In this document: positions 41,125 through 54,999 of the stretch, in pieces
Layout: each line of letters begins with the position of its first letter
How positions within the stretch are numbered: position 1 is the first letter of the stretch
DNA from: Bigelowiella natans CCMP2755
Taxonomy: Eukaryota > Protista > Cercozoa
Direction: 5' to 3'
Assembly (NCBI GenBank): GCA_000320545.1
Contig: ADNK01003288.1
Span: 26,835 to 90,834, forward strand
Length of the DNA stretch: 64,000 nucleotides
Translations under genes and position numbers: made by a program
The notes under the pieces: model-generated
The model's database searches: none
What the model saw: only the letters and a program-made list of their open reading frames with translations
Told to the model about the DNA's origin: nothing

Positions 41125-41545
41125 CTGGACTTGGTTGATTCTAGAATTGATGTTCATCTGAATGTGCTAGCATGCATGACACCTTCTTCACGTTTCAAAA
41201 GGTGGGAAATGAAAATGTTCTTCGGCATGCTAGCCTAGCTAGCTAGTAGCGCTCAGGACATGCTAGTGCATCTAGTAGCTAACTAGCTAGGTGTGCATCA
41301 CGTCAGATGTGCTGATGTGTACCACAGTGCATCCGATGACCAAAAACATGACTCACACCATGTTGTGCGCGGCGAACCATCGCATCGCATGGGATAGTGT
41401 GGGAAGCACAACTACTTGTTCTGCGAACTGCATGTACACCCCTAGACCCACACACACTTCGTAGTCTGCCAGCATGTACGCTCAGTTAGCAGCTTGTGAC
41501 ACCGTGCTGTGCACGCTCGTATTGCACTGAATCATGCACACACAC

Positions 41546-41589
<44 letters not shown>

Positions 41590-41667
41590 CAACACACACA
41601 CATACATATCCGGCTCGACAGACGTGGAGAGAGGACCGCGAGAGAGAGAGCTAGAGAGAGAGAGAGC

Positions 41668-41704
<37 letters not shown>

Positions 41705-41880
41705 GGCAAGAGAGAAATTATAATCATGCATTCTATAACTTTGTCGATTTAGCGATGGGCGGATGGCACAATGCCATGCATGATCGATGATGACAGCATT
41801 ACTGGAATTCGCATGATGATTTTGAGTGATCGATTTGCAACCGCTGTGCAACACATGAATACATCATGTTTTTCTGTTCC
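41120..41880. other. CTAG island 6 (convergent gap RNase III/GST)
   Basis: Begins at the stop codon; CTAG clusters and GTGCTAGCATG at ~41164; includes (CA)n and (AG)n. Confidence 0.8.
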
Positions 41881-41904
41881 AGGTGTTGTCTCAGCGTGGA
41901 ATCT

Positions 41905-43043
41905 TTATTTTAATTTTGCAACGGCTTCAACAGCTTCCTTCTTGATGCCAAAATTTTTGGTGTCCAAAAAGGTCATCTTTTTGTACTCCTTGACACCATC
42001 GAGAGCTTCAACCGCTTCCATAACACCTTTAAGTTTTTTAAATCCTTCAAAGTAGTCTTTCTTGGTTTCAGCCGCTACAGGTGAAATCAAGCCCGCTTCA
42101 ACCTACACACATTCAATGAGACTTAGGTTCGAACTTCTATGCTCTTTTCTCCATGGGTTAAGTTCAGAATGCAGGCGAATGACGGAACTGACCCACTTAA
42201 CGGTGGCATAGCATTGAAAATCAGCAGACGTTGGGGCCTAAATGAACGTCCAATTTAATGCCAAAATTCAATCACTATCATGAGAAACACAACCAATAAA
42301 AAATGGAAGCAATCTCTGTAAAATATCATTTGTGGATTAGGAGATAGCTATCTCAATCGTATTTTTTGAGTCGCTTTAATTTGATACTCCACCTCCCCGA
42401 AAAAGAATGGACCCTTGATCGACTTCTCAAAATTCGCACAAAATTTCGGAAGGCGTTCTAAAAGTCAAACGAACAAATTTCATCATCGACGTAAACGTGG
42501 TGAGATCTCTAAAAGCACGAGTACCTTCAAGAAATTTCTTAGTATCTTCAGCGGGAGCACCCAACATCTTTTTAAGCGCTTCGCCGGCCATGTCCTCAAT
42601 GTCCAAACAATACTGTAGAATCTAGTGTGTTCCATGCACACACAAGAAAATATGCAAGGGTTGAAATGTAATTTTCAATCATGTTGAGGTGAGACCTTGT
42701 ACCTTGTATTGGTCAAACCCCTTGTCAAACTCTAGCTTGTTACCCAAAAAGACCGCGATTGCAACAGATTGACTCAGCGTAGAATCCCCCCACTTCATTA
42801 TTGGTGGTGCGAAGGTGTCTGTTGATGCACCAAAAGCCGTTGCAACCTTAGCAAGATCCTTCATTTCAGACTTGACCTGCAGGTACAGAAACAACATGCT
42901 GATCTTCGTTGCCCATCTCGTGAGACGTTCTTAGTAATGTCTCAACATACCTCGTACTCGACTTTCTTATTTTCCAACATGAATATGGGCGCACCAGCCC
43001 TTCCGCAGAACGGCCAGTAATAGATTGTTGGTGTCTCAGACAT
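41905..43043 (-). CDS. Glutathione S-transferase (Tyr-type, sigma-like), ~6 exons
   Basis: TIYYWPFCGRA, FAPP, LSQSVAIAVFLG and PFFFGE|APTSADF. Confidence 0.88.
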
Positions 43044-43717
43044 ATCTGTAAGCTTCGTGGGAGCAGGAACGAGATTCGGAAAGTGATACAAATATCTACC
43101 AGTTGTGAATGCAAAATATCTGGCTCTGAAGCCAAATAATTCATCTTTGTGGAGGGCAAACAACTTGAACGTTAAGGTAAATAGGGGGGAATTTCAGAAA
43201 AATTATGCTACTACTACTACAATGGTGACTGACACGTTGCAAAACGCATACCAAAGCACCCTGTGGGGAAAAAGTGATCTCTAAAAATTTCCTCCCTCGG
43301 CGTCGGGAAGTGCTGCACATCTTCCGTAATGGGTTTGAAATTTGCGACAAGTGTTTTTTCTTGATTTCTGGTTTTTCCCCCTGTCGTTTCGCTGACCTGT
43401 ATGATGCTAATAAACCCTGACTAACAACAAGTACCCCTCGGCATGCAGAAGGTGACACACGTCGTTGCACACTTTGTGCGCGAGCTTTTCCGCATCCAAA
43501 CCTGCGCTGCGACAACCTTTGATTCCCTCCTAACAAAATTACATGCTAGGCACAATCTACCGAAAAATAAAAACTAATTAATGCGGTCTTCCAATTGCGA
43601 TTATAGCAAATTATTGTGCGGTAATAGTAAGTCGTTGTCGCAGTGAAGAAATGCAAAGATATTGCATGTCGTTGTCCGTTATGCTTGCATAAGGGCATAA
43701 GGGGAGACAACGAGACT

Positions 43718-44419
43718 ATGGTGTCTGAGAAGGGTAACGATGATGCTAAAACATCGGCTTTATTGGCAGTGCGTGGTGGAGATGAAGTTGCTGCTGATGA
43801 CTCATCAGCAGACACAGCAGATGGACAGAGCAGTCGTCCGTTAAGTTATTTTGCCGGAGATCAAACGGATCTCAATAATAGGAGGACAGCACTAGTATTC
43901 TTTGGGACAGAATCATCTGCAGAATACATGATCTATCCGAAAGTAGGAATTCTTAAGCATGCAGAAAGCTTCAAAGAAACGGTAGTTGTGGACTCCAATT
44001 CTTAATTGATATTTTTTTAATTGCTGTTGGGTAAATTTTACAATACACTTGAGATCCTTACCACCACATTCTTTCTAAAACGATTAATATCAAGGTCATC
44101 CATTCTTTGTTAAGCTCCAGAGCTTCCAAAGGATGCCATTTAAGCAGTCGTGCAAGGAAAGAGAAGAAAGTCGTGGAAGTTCTCGGAGTCTCACAGAAGG
44201 AAGTCCGCAATTGATGCTATGTTCCTCTTTGAATCGATGTAATCTTATTTTGCGATTTGTTTAAATTTCAGGCATTGAGAACCTTTCGATTAGTAAATCG
44301 AATTACAGGAGTAATGTTTTCTTAAGAACACCCCACTCTTTGAAAACATGACCATGACATTAATCAAATTATTACAGGATGAGATTTCACCCTCTGATAT
44401 TCTTGGAGATATCGAGTAC

Positions 44420-44456
<37 letters not shown>

Positions 44457-47400
44457 CAGATCCTAACGCTTAATAAATGTACTAATGGTAGAAATAAGGT
44501 GAGGGTAGAAAATGAAAAATTACTTTCCACTTTGTCAACCATGTAATTAGGGGGGTGGATGCTGATAACCCTCTATCGAATATGCTGCTTCTCTTCATCT
44601 CTTCCGAGACTCTTTGGAGATCTTTCTACTTCACGTAAAAATTCAATACACCTTTTTTAAGAAGAAATCCAGTTTTTACCTCAGGGCGAACTTTACAATT
44701 TTGTTAGACCACCATTTGTTCTTGGCACACTGCAAAAATTTAGAGACAAGATCAAAGATCATGTCCAGTACGACAAAGACTCCGAAGATAAGGTTTACAA
44801 TGATGATGAAAAAAATTGTTTCTCTGACAGGAGTCTTCTATGATGTGAGAAGGACGGGAAAAGCCAGCTTCATGTCTCTACAACAAGCATCCTGATGGTA
44901 TTCTCTAGCTTCAAACTTGTGGAAGCATGATTTGTACTCAACCTGCAGCGGAGAAAAAAGTCATCAGTCACTGTATATCAGGGACTAAATTCGGGGAAGA
45001 GAGCAAATGCAGATCGCGTGGTGTCAGGGAAGGCACTCGTAGATTGTATAATCAAGCTTAAAGGGAAGAAAACTGAGTCTTCTTATTTTTCCCAAGTACG
45101 TGGATAACGCACCTTGTTTCAGTAGAGTTTCAAAAGTACTACACCTTGTACCAGATACATTACTACGGTATTTTTTGAATTATAGGCCCGAAGCAGCCAT
45201 AAAGACCTTTTTGAATATCCCATCGTAACTATCGATAGAATGTTGCGATTAAATTTAATTCATCACCAAGGAAATTCAGTAAGAAAAAAATTTATCCCTC
45301 ATCAAGTGATTTTTTTAAAAAAAATTGCTGTCAGTGTTATCATTGGGAGCCCGATCTTCTCTACATCCTGAGGAGTGGTGAAAGCAAATCTATGGCTGTG
45401 AATCCGTTGATGAGTAACATTCAAAACCCGAAACAATTTAGTAAGTCAGCCATTGATAGTACCGAAGTATTTACTCCTGGAGCAACAGTAAGAGTTGGAG
45501 GAGAGAGCCCAGCCTCTAGCGTGGCATCTGGAAGGTCGGGGAAATCGGTGAGGTCGACACTTCGCAGTCCTAAAGCGATCGACATGGATGGTCGCAGTAT
45601 TGCCTTAGCTCTTGAAAGCTCGAAGCTGATTGAATCTAAAAAATATTGCATTATCAAAGAGGGTTATTTGAACAAGCTCAACAGGTAGATTAAGTGTCAT
45701 CGGAATATTTCATGAAAAAGACCTTGCTGTAACCTTATGCTAAACACTACCCAACGAAACCTTTAGGCGTGGAAGATATCAGCCAAGATATGTCACCATT
45801 GCAAGAATGCCAACACAGTCGTTAACAAGTAAGATACCGATTTTTTATACATCTTGTCATTGATATATGTGTTGACACTCCTTTAGTTCCTGGACACGAG
45901 TTGGGCGGAGTTCCAGGTGCTTCTGAAGATATATGTGGCTAAAATTAAATTCGACTACATTGAGTTGGAAGTAACACATTCCCTTATTGAAAGGTATTCC
46001 TCAAGGATTGGGTGAGCATGTACTTCGATGGCATAGAAAGGTCCTCAAAAGTATGTTTGAAAATGAAGTCTAACGCAACAAATTATTCCAGAAAGGAGGA
46101 ACTTGTAAAGGAGAGATGGAATTGGCACGTGCTGAAGTATTATTGTCTTAAGATTTACCACTATAAAGTTTTATGAGTGACCCTCTCCCAGGTTGAAGAG
46201 GATGAAGAAAATGGGCTTGGCTTTCGAATCGTGACCCCTTGGTTTGTCAACGATCCATATTGCACTATTAATGGTAAACTATAACATTTCCATTTGTACC
46301 AAAGGAAGAATATGCGCTGGAGAGCAGGCACCATCGAAGAGAAAAAATCTTGGATTGATATCTTCAACAGCATATTGCCAAAATCTCTCTTTTCAGTAAA
46401 GGAAGGAAGTTTTAGACTTAATTCCCCAACCAGTAATGGGACCATCGGAACAAAACCAATGAAAATGAGTACATCCAGCCTCTACAGATTTCCTTCCATC
46501 CTTCAAATAAATCTCCATAATTCTGGAAATCATGATTTCGTCATCTCAACTGAGACGCCGAGGCTACGTGAAACGAAGAAAAGCGTCCAACATGAAAAAT
46601 CAACAGAATCAGTGCCAAAAATGGAGGCTGGATACCCAAAACATATATTCATTGATTCGAAACGCAGCAAATCCATAAGTATGCTAATGAAGGTAATATT
46701 TGCTCTGCACTTCAAACTTTCGTTGATATTCTAAACTAATTCGTATGGATGTAATAGGATGTCCAGAGATTCCTTGCGCAGCTTTCATTTGGCCAAGAAA
46801 AATATACTTCTGAGGATAGGACAGAGAGCGGAGCAGATTTTGATGACATGATTCTTACATGTGAAAATGGGGTAAAAGATTTTATCCTAATTCTGAATAT
46901 TCTCCTCCTATCGCTGAATGACAATTTTTTTTGCAGCAAATGAGGAGAAGTGTAGAATCTATACTGGAAACTTCAACATTTGTTGTTTTAGAAGATGGAG
47001 AATCTCCACTTTACATTCACCCTACAAATAGACTTGTAGCAAAAGAGCAGAGAACTAGAAGGGAGAAAAGTAGTAATATTAAAAATTTAAATCCTTTCTC
47101 ATATGCATGTAGGATCACACAACTAAATCACTTTGTTTGAAACTAAATATCAGTTCCTGATATCTCTGCCGACATCGTTGGCGATTGCATTATGATTACA
47201 GACAAAGTAGCATGTTTTATAAGATTGCAACTCGTGTCAATCAGCTCTCATCATGTTGATATGTGAACAGGCCATTCTTCAAATCTGTCAAGGTTTCCGA
47301 ACTCGTAGACTTCCGTATATGGAAATTACCTCTGTGGTGTGTGTTAATTCTATAAAATCAATGTTGATATACACTTATTGTTTGTTATCCTGGTGATTGT

Positions 47401-50400
47401 TGATAAAATAGGCACTCGTGGAAACCTCTTTTCGGTGTAATCCCGCCCTGAAAGTCACTTTAAAGTCCCCTATTCATGGCGCGCATGATCATTCAACTTT
47501 CCCTGGCACCCCACCATCCACTGCGGCAGTGTCGCGCAGCAGAGTAAATCCTAAATCATAATAGCACTAGATCATACACTATCTCTATTTAATGCGGTGG
47601 TTTATTATCGCTAAGACACCGATTCTGGAGGAAAGCCAAGCAGATACTGATATGGAAGACGAATTGTTCGATTTTTCTGTTCTGTTGTCACTAAGATCTC
47701 TTAGAGCTGGTAAATAATAAATGAGAACAGACCTAAGACGACTGTAGAGCATTAATGGATGATTTTAATCGCAGGAATATTCCTGAGGAATCGAATAGGT
47801 ATGTGGTTGAGGAAGTCAGGGTACAACTCAACTATTTAGTCGATGCAAGTGCAAATCTGACGTTACTCTTCTCTTTTCAGATATCATTTTCTCAGAGTCG
47901 ATAGTGACTCTTCCTCCGTAATGGGGGAGCGAGAGCGAAGAAGACGAAGCCACCGCCCAGCAGCAAAATCGAACAGGAACAGTTCTGCAACAAGCAGAGG
48001 AATAGAAGTGAAAGTGCCATCTCGTCCGTCTAAAATATTGGTGAGTGACGAATCACAGGATTCCTTAGGAAAATGGATATGTTTGGGGGATCCATATTGC
48101 TCCGCGTATTCTATTAAGCTGGATCCAGAAGACACGTTAGACCTGATTAGAGCTACAAATGCATACTCACCTGGATATACTCATCAAAATAGAAAGAATT
48201 GTTGCGGAATACCAGTCGTGATGGCAATGGGCTTTGGGGATATCAAAGACGGTATTCTTGCTGGAGGTGAAAACTTCGGAGGGAAAAATGGATGGTGCTT
48301 CGTGAAGCTTCAAGGATGGTATTGTCCTCGATCTTTTTTTGTTTCCCTTATGTCGTACACATCTACAATTTTCACCCCTACACACGTATGCGCCAGGAGT
48401 GGTTCAAAACGTATTGCTATTCATTGCTCATACGATTCTCCAAATCTAACTGTTCAGAAGAAGTAAGAGTTCTTAATCATATCGAATATTAGTCGTCGAG
48501 AATTTTATGTTATTAAAGTACTTTTGACTTACATTTTTCAGCACCAGCGATCTCTCGGATACATCAGGAATGGTGAAAATTAACTTGGGATTAATCTCAA
48601 GGGCAATAACAAAGCCAGAAAAGAAGAGACTCATGTTGAATGGGGTCAACTCTGACGGAGTAAATGCAACACCATCATTATTCACAGATCCAAGAATATA
48701 CGATCACACAATTGAATCGATGAAGATGGGTATGATGTGGTTTAGAGTGGTGCTGAGGGAGCGTCCTTTGTTGCTGCTGCAGCAGGTATCGATTTCATGT
48801 TACGTTTTCTTATCTTAGCACTTATTTTTTATGAAACATTCAACAATATAGCTGGGGGACGGGTGGTTGACGATATCAATGGAATGGACTTACAGTTTAA
48901 GAAACTGCGATATTTCTCAAGATTCTCCGGCCAAATAATAATGATTTCGCGTGTAGCCAATTTGAGGCAAACATTTAGAGAGATGCGTACAAGAACATCT
49001 CCAAAATTTTCTCAGATGTTCTCTCGGCATGTCAGAAGTCTGTCAGCAAACGCTTCAAACCTGCAAAATATACCAGAAGCAGACAGGAAAGGTTGATACC
49101 ACTTAATTGAATTTACCCACATTCTTTTCGTTAATTGGTGAATTTAGTTTTCCTCACACTTCCTTTAAATTTTGAAGATAGCTCCAATGGTGAAAAAGAA
49201 CTTGTTTCAGAGCCAACGAACATCATATCTGAAAATTGTATCGATGGAATAGGCCCAAAATCTTTGCACAGGGTACTTAAATACAAACTAGAAATTTAAT
49301 CCATGCCTTTGACCTAGTCAATCTAATATATTCGTAAATTTCTTTGTTGGGCTTTTTCAGGTAGCAATACAAATAGATTCGTTAAAATTGCCTTCAGCAG
49401 AGACAAGCAGGTCACTCACCTTCAGGTTTCTGATTGAATTACAATTTCTATAAAAGTTGCAACCTCAGGCTTTGCAGGCTTATCCTTACGCTAAAAGGAC
49501 ATGCTCCATTATTCACCCCAAATGTCAGTTAATTGTTTACCATTTATAATCCCTAATGATAAGTTCAACTTGCTAAAAACCTGGTAGGTGACAATGTACC
49601 CTCCCACATCCCCTCTGAAGGAGCTAGGTTGTGCTCTACCTCCCAACAAAACAAATCAATCTGCGTTTTCAAACCCATCTCTTGCCTCCCCTACTATCGC
49701 AATGAACTCGATTAACATCGGTACAATCTTCTCCCTTCACCTGGCAGGTGGGAGAAACCAAAACAAAATTAAAGACAGAGACAAAATTATTGACTCTAAC
49801 CTAATAACTTTGAACATTGAAGGCAATGAAGGAAAATTTGAAATCGTAGTAGAAATGAAGGAAAAACATTATGCAGACGCTGTATGGAAGCAAGTAGCCA
49901 CCACGGTCAGATATTATGCTATTATAATTAAGATTTTCATCACATGAGCCACCGTGAGTGAAATAAAAATCTGTATTGAAATTATTCATATTATATGAAT
50001 CAGGGAGATGTTTCTTTCTCACAATTCTTTCCTGGATTCGCGAGTTCTTTGAATGTGCCTTTGATTCCTCCTGAAAATATGAGGCAACAAAAAGTGCTTT
50101 CACCATCGTCCCCTCCCCACACTACTGGCGAATTAAATTTGAAGATAGCTAGAACGATTTCAATTTTCAGTTTTTTTGAGCTTGCCGAAGCTGCTGATCC
50201 GTCAGTATTTCGAAAGTCTACAGAAGAAATGAAATGGAGTCCGCCATGCTTTCTTTGTGGGGAAAGAACAAGGGTGCTGAATCATTTTAGGTTGTTTTTT
50301 TTAGAATCGTAGATTATCGAATTAGAGTATTAGAGTGAATTGAATTCTTATTTTCTTGATTTTCGTCATCTATTCAGTGGCTGGGCCTGCAGTAGCTGTG

Positions 50401-52584
50401 GAAGTTTACATAATCCAGTACTCGGGAACTTTGGAGGATGTCGAAGTAGTCTTGTTCCTTTGTGCTTATGGGAGCAAAGAGAGGGACAAGATTCCCGGGT
50501 GGCTTTCAATGCAGATAGACTCGGTGTGGCTATTTTTCATTTATCCAAATCATTTACGATAATATAGTATGGAATAAATTTAAGATCATGCGGTCCAGCA
50601 TATCGCGTTTGGCGTCAAAGAACTAGGACTTGTACGATAAATTTCTAGCTTGTTTTACTATGCGCCCTCCTAAAATACTAATTTCACAATTTAGGATTCA
50701 TATAACAACCTGCATTCCCTAATGAATTGGAGGTATATCTGTGCACTTCTCACATTTGAATTCAACATTTACATACTATGATTCCTTTAAGAACTCCCCA
50801 TCGATCTCTGGCTGCAGTCACAGCATGGTATAATAAGACTACCAATTATATGAGTTCTCTCCAACAATGCATTAATTGATTAATTGGGTAGGCTATTCGT
50901 TGTCTGGAATCTCCACTGGACCACTCTCCTACTTCTAATACTGCTGTAAATCAACTCTTTTTAACTTGTAGTAGTAGCAAACTGTGTCCTGAATGTAGTA
51001 TTATCACCCTTTTGGACTACTGATACTGGCAGAACATACCTGGTATCCACTTTTACAGCATATCATCTGATGAGAGGTATTTGATTAATTTCATTATGAT
51101 GACATCATTGTGATGTTGCCTCTCAATAATCCTTTCCGTTTCTACACCAGGTATCATGCGTTGGGAAAAAGGTAGACTTGTCTATTTTTCACACGGGATT
51201 CAGCATGTTCAAGTATGTATGCATTTCTTAAAAGGAATGTACTCTACAAATTTCATTGAGAAATACGTTTCGGCCTACATAAAAGCACCAGATGATAAAG
51301 AAGTAGACAGCAATGGAACTCAGGTTCGTATAAACATCAAATATCCTGCCGACGTTGGGTATCTGCTAAAAAATTTGAATTAAATATGGACCTAACTCAT
51401 TACTCTCATCTACCAGCTGGACTCAGTGCGCACTGAGACAATAAGTTTGCAAAGTAAATCAGGAGAGTACGTGCAGGTATTCGTTTTTCCCAACCCTTTG
51501 AAGAAATATGATACCGAAGGCTAATCCAACCAATGTAGCGACAAGTTCCTGGATTAATAATTGATGCAAAGATAAGCATAACAGTTAATGTAGGCAATAG
51601 CTCTTTCATTCTTCTCCTTAAAAATGTAACACTAGCTTTCTGGTGTTCTTAGCGTGCGGTTACTGACGAAAAGGAGTTGTGGGGCTTTGAATCTCGAAAA
51701 ATTTGGATTCAAGGGGTAACAAGTTCTAGATAATTTAAATTTTTACACTTACTAATGTTACTGCCAGCCACTTAGCGCTGAATTTTGTGTTACTTACCGA
51801 ACACAAGCTCATCTTAAATACCTCGAGGTAAATAAATTTTACATCATAGGTTACGTTTCTCGTCATTTTTTATTCGCTATTTGTATTCTGCAGAATTTTT
51901 GCTCGGAGTTGGCACTATTGCAGAGTCGTCTCCACTCTCTATTTATGCGGTATTTAAATTTTGATTAGATTTAATTCATTGAATATAGGATGACTTTTGT
52001 TTGGCACATAACAGTGAAGATCCTGCGCGAACGTTAGTATTTATGGGTTGTCTTGCAATTGCTAGTATCCTTATCATCTTTGTCCAGGACAGGTAATACT
52101 TGACAGTAGCTACTTAAGCATGAACTAACTAATTTTTTTGTCACACGAAGGCATTTGTTGGCTTTTGTCGGTTTAGTTGAGTTTCTTAAGTCTCCCCTGG
52201 TAAACTCTCAAATCTCATTTGTTTTAGAAAAGCAAAATAATGTATCTCTGTCCGCTATCATCATCTTTGTCCACTATCATCATCTTGTAGGTATGGTGGT
52301 ACAACAAGGTGGTTCGCCCTTCTTTGGCCTCAAATATGAGCGATCCTGTCGACTTGCTTTACTCACATCGGCCATCTACCAAAGTATCAAATAGTAAATG
52401 CATCAAAAAATCATTGAATATAGATCAAGGTGAAGATTTCAAAGGCGACTAGAACGACGACGATGATGAAGAGTATGAAGGAGCCGCCGCAGAGATGCCA
52501 AACTGTGTTGCTTGGCAAGTTCCAATCTGTGGTCTTTGGCAATTATTTGCAAATTTCCTTGCTGGTATTGACGTTGAACGTTAG
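43718..52584 (+). CDS. Large multi-exon PH-domain protein with an MCTP/PRT_C-like transmembrane C-terminus; may be two genes
   Basis: PH motifs IIKEGYLNKLNR|RGRYQPRYV and WRAGTIEEKKSWIDIF. C-terminal EDPARTLVFMGCLAIASILIIF and LFANFLAGIDVER*. Dozens of short GT-AG introns. Confidence 0.55.
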
Positions 52585-52609
52585 TTACATGAGTAGATAG
52601 AAACTAAAC

Positions 52610-53650
52610 TTGACATCGAGGGCCACAATCAAACTGGACAGCAAGGGCCACAAACAACATGTCTGGTGCAGATGAGACTCTTGGGTTGCAGCATCATCTA
52701 GATCATTTTGTGGTTTCGGACTCACTGTTGTAGAACATCGGGCGTGCCTGCGCTTTGAGCGATCTCAGCCTACTCGTCTCCTGGCATGGGCTTTGAGGTC
52801 AATTGATCGAATTGTTGAGCACGCGCAAGCGTTAGCCGATCGACTTTCCATTGTTCGATCCAGCGATCTGCTGGTAGGCATGCCAATCTAGTCATGCAAC
52901 ACGCGTGCGCCATGCACTGTCTTTTGATCTCTAGCCACAATTCACTGGAGGCCTGCTAGCCTGCATTGTGCACAGTGAATGTGATGTGGCCTAGCTAGCT
53001 AGTGGCTGCTGCAGTCCATCGACACATCTAGACATCTAGGCGTGTTGGCATGATCTAGCTCATCTTGTCATGTGCATGCTAGCATGTCTGTGACATTTTG
53101 GCATTGCCCAATCCATGGCAATGCTGGAATGCATCGCTAGATCGCTAGATCGGTGGATTGCTAGATTGCTAGATTGCTAGATTGCCTGATCGCTCTGGCT
53201 AGCTAGCAAGCGCTAGCTAGCTAGCTTGGCGCCATTCGTCAGCCCTGCTAGCTAGCTAGCCTGCCAGCCCTTCACTAGTTCAATCGCTAGAGCCATGCCA
53301 ACTGATCCTGAACAGCTGGACAGAGCCGCATCTCTCTGGCTAGCTGGCTCTGGATTTGACTGGCCAACCGGCGCCATCTGCTTGCAAGCTAGCTCCAGAA
53401 CCAGCACATTGCCAAAGCCATTTGGACAATGACGGCTGGTGCCACTCTAGTTCTGACGTTCTGACTAGGGCACTAAGCTAGCTGGGGCAACCGGCCACTC
53501 CAGCTAGCACTGACGCGCTTGTGCACGTGCACCGAACAAACTGGCAAAGCGCCAGCGCCAGCAGGCCATCGCATCACACGGAATCTGGCTAGCTGGTGAG
53601 GAGCCATAGATCTACAACTTTTCAAGCGTGATGTTCAAGGAACACATGAG
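52610..53650. other. CTAG island 7, the purest example (convergent gap)
   Basis: About 40 TA, about 33 of them in CTAG and the rest in CTA or TAG; CATGCTAGCATG at 53075. Confidence 0.9.
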
Positions 53651-53721
53651 TAACCGCTGTCCTTCCAAAGCATTTAGCTAACAACAAAATGAAACAAAAT
53701 TTCTGGATGGTTGTCACATCC

Positions 53722-54206
53722 TCACGTTTGATCCGACCCCATTCTAGCATTCTGAGAAAACATTGATCGACTACCTTTTCTGCGTTCCAACATTCGGTCC
53801 AAAATACACACCGAGAATATCATAATAAATCCGAGAATATACAAAATTACATAAACAACAACTCTCATAAATTCAGTCATAATTTCATACGTATAATATC
53901 TAAAATGAAAGAAAGGGTCCGAAAGAGCAATGTTGCGATTACATTCCTCGAACAGAGTAATCATGGCTGTCAGCTTCTGCCTGTAAGAAGCTGTTGTAGG
54001 GAGAAGGAGAAGAGGCCGACTCAACCCACTTGTCTCTTACGAGGAAACACGAAACGAATATGGCATCCTCTATATCCACAACAGCAGACCCAAGCTATCG
54101 ATAGTACGTACATTTAGTTATCATCGGCGAATGCATTTCAATTCGTCATTGAATTTTTTTTTCAGCACCTTATCTGTCTCGTTTCCTTCGGAAAAGGATG
54201 CAGAGA
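53722..54206 (-). CDS. Single-pass membrane protein; 3' exons only, start unresolved
   Basis: Three in-frame exons SASFSEGNETDK|LGSAVV...SVRGI|YYTYE...VVVYVILYILGFIMIFSVCIL (TM) followed by a basic tail. Confidence 0.55.
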
Positions 54207-54334
54207 CTGTGTACAAGTAATACGACGTTGAAAGAAGACGATAAATAAGAAGATGATAATGATGATAGTGAAGCGATGGATGTCAATGATGGGAGAGTTC
54301 TCGCTGTTGTAAGGAATTCTACACTGTGCATTGT

Positions 54335-54405
54335 CCTCCTCCTCCTCCTCTTCCTCCTTTTTCTTCTTCTTCTTCTTCTTCACCATCATCATCTTCTTCT
54401 TCTTC

Positions 54406-54461
<56 letters not shown>

Positions 54462-54497
54462 CTACACACACGCGCGCGGGCGCGCATGCAGGCACAA

Positions 54498-54572
<75 letters not shown>

Positions 54573-54592
54573 ATCTATCTATCTATCTATCT
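54335..54592. repeat. Compound microsatellite (CCT/CTT/CAT/CT/CA/TA/TATC)
   Basis: Directly visible; it produces several artefactual ORFs. Confidence 0.95.
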
Positions 54593-54999
54593 CTGCATAA
54601 TATGCATTTAAAAGAGTTCTGAGTGTCGATGAAGAAGTAAGACCTGATCGTATTAAACGGGACATTCAGCAAGAAAAAGAAATGCTGAAAATGTAAACAA
54701 TATTCAGTATTATAGCAACACCATCTTGAAAACAGACAGTCGATGCACATGTAATATAGATAACCACATGTTGCTTATCCAGCTTGCTCCTTTCATCCTG
54801 TAATTACGATTCTCACTTGTTTAACTACAAAACTACTAATGCGACGTCGCCACGGCTTCCTGAAAAGATATGTGCTGTTCTTCGTTACCACAGCGAATTC
54901 TCTTCCTCAGAGCTCCGTTTTTTGAGAGTGGCGGTGTCCACTTTCCTCCAGAGCATGGCTCTAGTCGTAGATACGATTCATCAGTTTGGGTGTTCATGA

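Noticed and set aside
52384-52452. In-frame TAG suggesting stop-codon readthrough
   Set aside because: It is explained by a 69-bp phase-0 GT-AG intron that ends at this TAG.
52610-53650. Islands as a transposon, telomeric (TCTAGGG/TTAGGG) array or CRISPR array
   Set aside because: No terminal repeats, target-site duplications, transposase/RT traces, telomere arrays or regular repeat-spacer period are visible. A heavily decayed TE origin cannot be excluded.
54207-54226. Possible 20-nt nucleomorph-sized intron producing a signal-peptide-like segment
   Set aside because: The hydrophobic stretch comes from (ATC)n, typical of introns here, and all other introns I resolved are longer.
54276-54696. 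Small plus-strand gene that would restore strand alternation
   Set aside because: Only ~37 codons, no homology, ambiguous splice phase.
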